From: Adineta vaga
Taxonomy: Eukaryota; Animalia; Rotifera
DNA length: 64,000 bases
Reading direction: 5' to 3'
Assembly: GCA_021613535.1 (NCBI GenBank)
Contig: CP075494.1
Location: forward strand, 13,640,001 to 13,704,000
Shown: positions 54,660 through 64,000 of the stretch, one piece after another
How the letters are laid out: each line of letters begins with the position of its first letter
Numbering within the stretch: the stretch's first letter is position 1
Notes under the pieces: generated by a model
Databases searched by the model: none
What the model saw: only the letters and a program-made list of their open reading frames with translations
What the model was told of the DNA's origin: nothing
Program-made: the position numbers and the translations under genes

Positions 54660-56230
54660 ATGACACCACGCAAGTCTTCACATACACTTCTTGCTCAAGC
54701 TGAAACTTTACTCATCTATGGTATATTCCTTTTTCTCACTGGTCTGGCACAAATATGTATAACAATTAGCCATCGATATATTACAGAAAGAACAATTCAT
54801 CAAAATAAGAATATTAACATCTATAATTTTCTTCCAATGACCTTAACGATGAATGATATTCATCTTTGGTATATTTATCCATCGGCTAGTATAGTAAGTT
54901 TCTCATTTTTATCAAAAGAAAAAAAAAACGAAAAATGATCAGCAAGTGACGAGATATGAACATAAGGACACATCAAAATGTCAGATGTGACGATAACTAA
55001 GAAAAAAAAATGACTAAAGCCGCTTTACTCTTTCTAATCTTGATAAACAAACTAAATTCTTTATTTCTTCAATTCTAAACTAAAGTAAACGAAAAACGTT
55101 GCTTATCAGATGAATTCATTATTATTTCAAAAAAAAAAAGAGAAAAGAAACTTGATGACAGATGATATTTATGTTCATTATCCTAATCAAATATCATTCG
55201 TTGTCATTGAACTAAATCTGTAACATTTTGAGTTCTATTAAAATATTTTCTGCTTGATTGAATCATCGATGATATATATAACAAAAAGTGTGAAATCTAC
55301 TGATAGATATCTTGAGGTTATTTTCTTTCAATTAAATCAAATGTTCATACAGAATTCAACGATTAATCATAACATCTTATGTACTGTTCTACTCCACCCA
55401 ATTTTGAAATATTGTTGATTAAATACGTGAGAAATATCGTTTCTTCTAGACAATCATCCCATTTCTTTCTTGTGTGACCTATACTTTATTCAAACGACCA
55501 GCAACGGTAAAAAAAGAAACAATCTTTAATTTTTTTTCATCAATGATAAATTTCTCTTTCTTAAATTTAGTCGATTTTTATTTGTCTATCTTCGTTGATT
55601 AGTTTCCTCTCTTCTTCAATCTATGTGGGGCTTCTGATTGTACATACACTTGAATATTGGCAAACAATTTCATCAAATCGTTTCAAGAATACACTTCCTT
55701 CAGCTACAACAACAATCGCATCGATGTCACCATTTGTTTCAACGTAAGTTTCAATTCTGAAATTAATCGATTATTCATAGCTTATACATTTCATTAGACG
55801 TGTACTTGTTCCATTTGATGAACCAGCAACATTCGATAATTTAGCACTTTTAATCACATTTACATTAGCTCTTGTTCAAGCGCTTTTATCTATGATTGGC
55901 GCAGTTATTTCTTGTCTTTGGTCACCATGTTGTATGAATTCATGGCCAACATATACACCGATACCAACTACTTCACATTATGCCCAAACAACACCACATC
56001 GTCATGAGGTATAAGATTGAAGAACAGAATGTTCTCAAATTTCAAAAAAAAATAAATCTTCCTTTGAATTTTTAATCTAGACACCTCAATCAGCAACGTT
56101 ACGTAGTGTAAAACGTCAACAACTTCATGAAACACATCGCTTTATAACAGCGAACGGACATTCTGATACGATTCCAAATAGTATTCTTCACAAAAATTCT
56201 ACCATTCGAAGTCATTATGATGTTGTTTAA
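54660..56230 (+). CDS. Four-pass membrane protein with MS4A/sarcospan-like topology, 5 exons, 274 aa
   Basis: Exons 54660-54893, 55450-55506, 55571-55743, 55798-56008 and 56081-56230 splice in frame; four hydrophobic segments; Cys cluster CLWSPCC after the last one; ends YDVV. Confidence 0.75.
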
Positions 56231-56324
56231 ATATTCGTTTTTTAAACTTGTTGATTGTTGTACATATAGATAGATATATATATATATATATTCATGTCAT
56301 TTACAGTAAAATGTTGTACTATTC

Positions 56325-56880
56325 TAACTAAAGAATAGAATATCTCATTTTGATAATAAGTTTATTTCGAACGACAATGTGTTCTTCGTTACGGAAGAGA
56401 CAACGATGAGATCGATAAAAATGAATTAAACAGATGTGATCGTACATCCTCTTTCTTCTTGCTTTCGACTGACCTATCTGAAGAAAGAAATAAAATGATG
56501 TCGAGCAACAATGCCATCATCCTAATTTCTATAAGATCTTGTTTGGTAATGGTATCTATGTTCCAATCAATGGTTTCATCATGCCTGTATCCATATACGA
56601 TCCGAAAGTTCAAATCATTTATGTTCTTCTAAAGAGTGGAATATTTCATTTTTAATGAGAAAGGAAACACATGAACAAGAAGTTTATTTGTAATGAGAAT
56701 GTGTTTGTCTTTACTGAATAGACAAGGACGAGATGGATAAAAATGAACTGAACAGATGTGTTCTCACACGTTCTTCTTTCTCTTGCTTTTCATTGACCTA
56801 TCTGTTTCTTCTGCCGTCAAGAGAGAAAGAAACAAAAATGATTTCGGTCATCGATGCCATCACTCTATTTTCTATCGATA
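56325..56880 (+). repeat. Diverged direct tandem duplication (~56325-56535 and ~56625-56880)
   Basis: Colinear blocks, e.g. gataaaaatgaattaaacagatgtg / gataaaaatgaactgaacagatgtg, tgacctatctg in both, atgccatca in both, aagtttattt in both. Confidence 0.85.
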
Positions 56881-56948
56881 GAAAAGACCATCCCTTTTTT
56901 TGTCTTCATTTCTCTTCGTCTTGTTCTTCTTCGTTGACTGATGTGCCG

Positions 56949-58278
56949 ATGGTCAAGTGGAAGTTGGGAACAACTGTGTTGATTGTTCTCATTACTTTGA
57001 CTTATTTAACTAGTCAATTAAAACAACAAATACATGATTTAACATTTCATATTCGAGAAAATCCCGTTACAATACTTGTATTTATACATATACAAAAAAC
57101 GGCTGGTTCAACATTTGAACGATCGATCGTTCGTCGTCTTTATTTTAATTCCCAACCCAGTTGCCAATGTCCGGTCATGTTAAAACAGAATAAAACGAAT
57201 CGACCAACTGTTAAATTAAGATGCCATTGTTTAAGAAATAATGAACCATGGCTTATCAGTCGATTTAGTGTCGGATGGTTATGTGGAGTGCATGCGGATT
57301 GGCTCACTTATCATCGTTGTTTGCCAGCAAAAGTAAATTTTGATTATGGATTCAATCAACGAAGGTATATTATTTAGTTTCCTACTATTTTCTAATTGAT
57401 CAGACTCTTAGTATAACTTGATACAGTGTAGATGAGTTAAGTTTCGTAATATTAATGAGCGCTCATGCTGGTTTATTTATGTTATTGAGACTGACAACGA
57501 ATGGTTAGTTCTTATTATTATTTGTCGTTAGTTTTATGTAAAAAATATACTATTGAGAAAAGAACATCTCAGATCTATTATTAATATTCACCATAAATCT
57601 TTATAATTAGAAGAAATGATTTATTGATCATTCCAATTTAAATGTAGATTTCTCTATGCCACTTTACTTCGTGAACCGATCGGTCGTTTTATCAGTGAAT
57701 ATCTTCATAATCTTCGTGGTGCTACATGGTTATCTGAACGTTTATCCTGTTCTAAAGCTCAACAATTACGTCATCAAAACGCTTGTTGGAAAAGTAATAT
57801 CTATTCAAGGATTTCCTCTCTTTCTCTAAGGAACACTCTAGTCTCTTTAGATACAAATCTAACTGATTTTATTCTTTGTCCATTCAATTCTGCCATAAAT
57901 CGTCAAACTCGTATGCTTTCAACATCAAAAACAAATTGTCAATCATTATCATTTTCTTATTCGGATTTAATTGATCTTGAAAGCGCGAAGAAAACGCTTG
58001 AATCAATGGAATTCTTTGGTTTAACAGAATATCTTCATTTAAGTCAACGTTTATTTGAAAAGACAAGTTATTGTAAATTATTTCCTAAATGTTCATTTCA
58101 AACTTATCTCGAACAAGATTATCGAAATAATCAAACAAATGATTATCTTGAAAAGAATCTAACATTAATCGAAAGAAATCATCTTCGACAAGTTAACAGT
58201 GATGATATTGAATTGTATAAATTTGCAAAGAAATTATTTTTTCAAAGAACTTGTCAAACATTAGGCATTGCCTGTTGA
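56949..58278 (+). CDS. HS6ST: Heparan-sulfate 6-O-sulfotransferase, 3 exons
   Basis: N-terminal TM anchor; FIHIQKTAGSTF; WLISRFSVGWLCGVHADW; LREPIGRFISEY..RGATW; CPFNSAINRQTRML; FFGLTEY. Confidence 0.93.
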
Positions 58279-60006
58279 TGACAAGTAATTCTCTCACACA
58301 TTTCTTTTTTTTTATTGTCGATTCTGTTATTAGTTGTTGTTAAAATAATACTGATCATACCTGACAAGATTGAAATAAATTTTCTTATATCGAAAAAAAA
58401 AAACATTTCTCATTTGCTTTTTTCCCCTCTTATTGATGAGATCTTTAGAGACGAAAAAGAAAAAGAAGAAGAAGAAGACTAGTAGTCGGCAGTTTTAGAG
58501 AAATAATAATGAAAAGCAACCATAGACAACAATCTATTCTTTTTTTTCTTTGCTTTTATTAGTATCTGTTATTGTTGCATGTTCATTTAAAAAAGAAAAG
58601 ATTTTCCATGTCATCCTCGTTTTTCTCTGTTTCTCCCGAGATAGTATTTGTTTGATGAGGAAAAAGGGAGAGAAAGAATCAGATACACACACACACACAG
58701 CAATGAATCGTATTCTCACCATCGTCTGGTTTCATTACATGGCACATGTAGACAGGATAGAAGTATAAAAAAAAAGAAAACAAGAGAAAAGCAAGCAGTA
58801 ATCGCATCTATTCATAAAATCTTCTAAGACATAAAACTATTATATTCCGAGAAAGAGAAAGAAACATCTCAATCATATTCTCTGACTTGATCGTGTTTTT
58901 GTTTGGACTCTATCATTCTACGAAATAATCGTTTCAAATAATAAACTGTCTTTTTAAAATCTTCTTTCTCTCTCTCTCTCATTTCGTGATAAATATTCGT
59001 TTAACTGACTTATCTAACTGAGTCTGACATTAGTTTCTCTTTCTTCTTATTTCTTTATAGATTTGCGCTCCAATTAACAATGAGAGTATGCAGCATTGAA
59101 TCAAACTTTCTAGAGAGTCCACCAAACGGATGTGGTTGAATGAAACAATAATAATAATAGTAATAAAAAAATATATATATTTGTGTTTAGAGTGTTGTCT
59201 TTTCTCTAGGCAAGAACATCTTTCGCTGATCATTTATTGATAAAATTCGGTATCCTAGCTCGATGTTTTCTTCTTTGTCATTTCATTTAGAGTTAATAGT
59301 TAGAAAAAATTTAGGCCTTGTTGTTTCTCGCATTGCATTGATATGAGCATGTCGAAAGACATTTGTTGCTTGTGTTCACTCATCGATCATCATTAGAAGC
59401 GAGTAAGAGATGTTACGAATCCTCATTCTCTACTTTTGTCGTCGTTGTCGTTTCCTTCTTCTTTTTTTGCTTCTTAAGTTTATTTTATTAGATTATGATC
59501 GATTGATGACGATCGAACCATGATAAACAGTGAGTAGAATTTGCAATCAGACAATGTCTTCTTAACGATAAGATCGAACCGATGATGCTTAGAAAGAGAA
59601 GTTTTGTCTTCTTCTTCTTCTTCTTCTTCTTTTTTTTGACAAAGAAAATAACCGATTGAGACGAATGTTATATTTTTGACGAAATTTTCTCGTACTGCTT
59701 TGATGACATAGAGATATATATATTCTATACAATTTCAAGTTTCCTTTCAATTAAAAGAGGAAATTGATATTTGTTATCGTTTATATGACATGAATTCCTT
59801 GAAAATATCTATATGCATAGAGAAATGTTAATGAATTATTAAAAAACAAGAATCGATCCAGGTGTTTGATTGACTTTTCTTTATCTAGGTACTAACTATC
59901 ACAACAAAATATCAATCATCTTTTTTTCCCTCGTCATTATCAATTTAATTGGATGATATATAAATAACAAACAATCATTGACTATGATGTAATCATCTGA
60001 ATAAAT

Positions 60007-61709
60007 ATGTATGTATATTGATCTTTTTTTCTCTCGTTGAAACCTTCTCTTCTTTCATATTTACTAATTAGGCCAGCGAGCAGTGATGTTATTTTAACAG
60101 CAACATCTGGAACACCTTTTCGTATTCAAAACTATCGTACATTAGCTTATGTTCTTACGACACTTGTTTATCTTGTTATTGGTGCCGCAATATTTGATCG
60201 ATTAGAATCTACAGAAGAATCGATTCGATTAGCAAATCTTCACACACGTATTGAAGTTTTTCGACATCAACATAATATGAGTGAAGGTGACTTTGAAAAT
60301 CTTACACGAACAGTACAATTTCGTTTGAATTATCGTAAAAAACAATGGAAATTTATTGGATCATTTTATTATGCGACTGTTGTTCTTGCACTTGTGGGTT
60401 ATGGACATGCTATTCCATATACAAAAGCGGGACGAGCTGTGACCATTGCATATGCATTAATCGGTATTCCCATGTGGCTTATTATGATACAAAGTGTTGG
60501 TGAACGATTAAATTCTTTAATAACATTTGTTTTAAAACGTATTAAACGACATTTTAAACGCAAACGAGAACCACAAGTAACAGCTATGGAATTATTAACA
60601 TGTGAAGCATTGTTAACGGCCTTAACATTAGCAACAGGTTCATATGTTTTTCATCGATATGAAAATTGGCGCTATTTTGATGCATTTTATTATTGTTTTT
60701 TAACATTGTAAGTACAATACATTTGTTTGTCTTTTGTATCGATGAAAATTTCAATAGAGAATAGATCTCCTTCAATTGTCAGTTAATAAACATCTTGCAG
60801 GCATTTTCTATTTCCAATTTGATTATGTCAATGTCGAACAAATTCTTTTTCTTTTGTTTCTTATTGCCTGAAGGTTGAAAAGCACTATCGAGTTTTTCCG
60901 CTTGACTATCTTCTAATTTTAGTATTCTTTACTAAATAAAGTCACGAATGAAGTATCGAATCAGTTGCTAACTAATTTCCTTTGTTTTTCGGAAGGATAT
61001 ACATTTCTTCATTAAATTTTTGTTTCTATTTTAGAACAACGATCGGTACGTAAAGATATAAATTTTGTTTTTCTACTCTTTTAGCAATCAATTTTATTCA
61101 TTTGTAGGATTTGGAGATTTAGTTCCTATGCAAAAAGGTGATTATGAAAGTATTAGTTGGTTATATATCTTGTTTTGTATCATGTTTATTTTAACTGGTT
61201 TAACAATTGTTGCTTCAAGTGGTAATTTACTTATTTTACGTTTTGTCGAAACGAATTCGAAACGTTCAAGAAATGAACGATTTGAAATGGAAGAACGTCG
61301 TCGACAACAAGTTCGTGTTGTTGGCGATGTAATTTCATCCAATGGTCGTCTTGTTACATTAGAAGATGATGAAGATACTCCATCATTAATTGATCGAGTA
61401 CATAATCAACGTTTACCAGTGGAAAATAGTATTAGTGATTTATCACTTTGTTCATGTCGTGCACAACCATCATTATCATCATGTATACCAACATCATGTA
61501 AAACAAAATTTAAACGTAGACATCAGAACTTTTTTCATCATCATCATCATCAACAATCGAATCTCTTACAACCACAAATGTTTGTTGTACGATCACTTCG
61601 AGAACAAATTCTTGAATCATTACAACCAAAAATGGAATTAGATGAAAATGCTGCACTACACAGATCTTATTTACAATTGGACAAAATTCAAAAACGATGT
61701 TCAATCTAA
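60007..61709 (+). CDS. TASK-like (KCNK3/9 family) two-pore K+ channel; exons 60072-60707, 61035-61045, 61108-61709; start uncertain
   Basis: [88 protein letters not shown]. Confidence 0.92.
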
Positions 61710-62584
61710 AAATTTCTGTCTTCTCTTTTCTAATTTATAAGTAAATCATCATTCCAATCGATATGAAAATCTTGTATAAACTTAGTATTTTTTTATTGAC
61801 AAGACACTCAATAATTTTCAAGTGTAGTTCGAAAAGAATCACTTCAAATTAAACAGAACTTGTGTTCATACTTCACATACACACTCGAGATAAATGCACT
61901 GAACAACAATCGATATACGAGATATTTGAAAGGATAGGATTAATTATTATTATTATGAAAAATGACTTATGATCAATAAGGTAGAAATTACACATAATTG
62001 AATTAATGACTTTTCGAATATCAACTATTGTATTTTTCTTTTTTCTCAGAAATTTCATGATAATTAAATCAGATGATTCTATATTTAACCGTGTGATATT
62101 CACATTCGATTAATTCTAAAATTTACATTTCGAGAGAATCTCAGGAGAAAAAATATCGATAATTTATTAATCAAAATGACATTAACCAAGTAAAATATAA
62201 TACGGATGTATCATTTTCCGAAATAGATTATTTACGGAAGATACTAATGAACGTTGATAAAAAGAAAAATACAACATTTTCGTTTCAATTATGTTCTTTA
62301 TTTAAATATACCCAACAAAACTTAAAATATGAACAGTTAAACAAGCACAAAAAGAAGAAGAAGAAGAAGAAGAAGAAGATAAATAGTAATAATAATGTGT
62401 TGTTTTGATGATAAAATATACAACGGACGGAATTCTATTTGACAAAAAGCCAGTTCGGATTTTTCGAATATGTGCACACTGTTTTTTTGACTGCTCTAAG
62501 TTCACTGTGTGTAACGAAATAAAGAATTGCACTCGGAATTGAGATTCGACAGTAACAACAACAACAACAACAACAAAAAAGAGT

Positions 62585-63890
62585 CTAACAACAAGTTTTA
62601 GCAATCGTCGATGTTGACGATGATTTAAGATTATCATTTGTGATTAAATTATCAAAACCAGTTAAAGAATTTCTCATCATTTGTGTTAATTCTTCAAAAT
62701 CAGCATTACTTATTGTACTTGATGTAATCGTATTACATTCAATTCCACTACCTGATGAAGAAAAATCTTCTTCAACACCTTCATCTTCATTCGATGAACG
62801 TCGATGAGAATTAGAATGATCATTTACCCAACGATCATCATAATATTTACTTATTTCAGTTATTTCACATCGTTTCAATGGATCAGGATCTACAATATCG
62901 AAAAGAAATTTATTTCAAATCTAAATCGAATCCAATCTTACCGAGCATTTTACGAAATATTCTCATTAAACGATTACTAAATTTATACCATTGTGATGGT
63001 AATTTATATTTACATTGCATTTGATAATGTCTTAACCATTGAATATATTCATTATAATAAACATCAGTCTCTTGAGCATGTTCCCAAGGAAAATTTCCTA
63101 AAAATAAATTTGTCTTTTTTATAACAACCAATATTTAATTTCGTAGTTTGTTTTTCTTACCTGTTAAACTACAGAAAAGTAGAACACCAAAGGCCCAAAT
63201 ATCCATCGATGTCGAAACAAGTATATCACTACTATGTGCGTCACAAACTTCCGGTGGTGAATAAGGTATACTTCCAATAAGACGACGAACATATGAACCA
63301 CATTTTCTTGTCATACCAAAATCAATTAATTTTACTTTACGAAATTCAGCATCGAATATCATAACATTTTCTGGTTTGACATCACGATGTACCTATTGAC
63401 AAAGCGAGAGAGAGAAAAAAAAGAGGTAAAATATCTGTTTCTATATTTGATAAATAAATATTATGATGAAAGAAGAACCTACCAATCCTTTATCATGCAT
63501 AAATTCTAATGCTGATGCAACTTGTTTCATGATTGTTTTTACAGCACGTTCAGGTAGACCACGTTGAGGTGGAATGGATTCAAATAAATCACCTAATGGT
63601 GCATATTCCTGGACGATAATATATGCATCAGCTGTTTGAAAACAACGACCTTCATATGTAGTGATAATCGAACGATGAAACGATAAAAGTAATGAATAAT
63701 TGTATTCTCGATGAAAATCACGATATTTTGTCGAAGATTTTTGAAGAATTTTCAATGCACAACGTTGTTGTAAATCCCGATCTAATGCAAGCATGACACG
63801 TCCATATGTACCTGAACCAAGTTCACGTATAGTACGAAAACGTTCATTTGCATCCTGAAGAATTGGTAACAAATCGTTCGTTGTTTCCAT
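62585..63890 (-). CDS. SBK1/meng-po-like Ser/Thr kinase, 4 exons (a further upstream exon is possible)
   Basis: LGSGTYGRV; ALK; FHREYNYS; QEYAPLGDL; IPPQRGLPE; VHRDVKPEN; DFGMTR; IPYSPPEVC; [20 protein letters not shown]. Confidence 0.9.
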
Positions 63891-64000
63891 CAGCACAAAG
63901 AGAGAAATGTTTATGTTTTGAAATTAAGAGCAATGTGCCAGACTAAATTATCTACAAGAAAAAAAAACAGGTTTTCGATCTCAGAATTTCGAAATAAGAA

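Noticed and set aside
1-64000. Prokaryote-type systems (CRISPR, operons, defence islands) or clearly foreign genes
   Set aside because: All recognisable genes belong to metazoan-type families and nearly all contain introns; no repeat-spacer array was seen.

Overview
AT-rich eukaryotic genomic DNA with very many 50-65 nt GT-AG introns and abundant microsatellites. Base composition, codon usage and intron size resemble a bdelloid rotifer (inference, not verified). The supplied ORF track fragments every gene and often starts at non-ATG codons, so I rebuilt gene models by hand from splice sites. Left to right: (1) a ~12 kb minus-strand 5' region of a gene whose body runs off the left edge, with at least seven ATG-initiated phase-1 exons and a three-exon degenerate sacsin (Hsp90-like) cassette; (2) CEBPZ/Mak21 (-); (3) a full-length ABCB/P-glycoprotein (+); (4) a TRH/ETH-receptor-like GPCR (+); (5) a DNAH5/8-type dynein heavy chain (+, ~45 exons, two candidate first exons, an X-box); (6) a decayed Tc1/mariner-superfamily transposase; (7) a two-domain small heat-shock protein ending in a CaaX box (+); (8) a divergent BBS10-like chaperonin (-); (9) a PIAS-type SUMO ligase (+); (10) a four-TM protein (+); (11) HS6ST (+) behind a diverged tandem duplication; (12) a TASK-like K2P channel (+) with a non-canonical first selectivity filter; (13) an SBK1-like kinase (-). 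I recognised no RNA genes, CRISPR arrays or intact mobile elements. The best leads are the phase-1 first-exon array with its sacsin cassette, the ALVGYG filter and the putatively lipidated sHSP.
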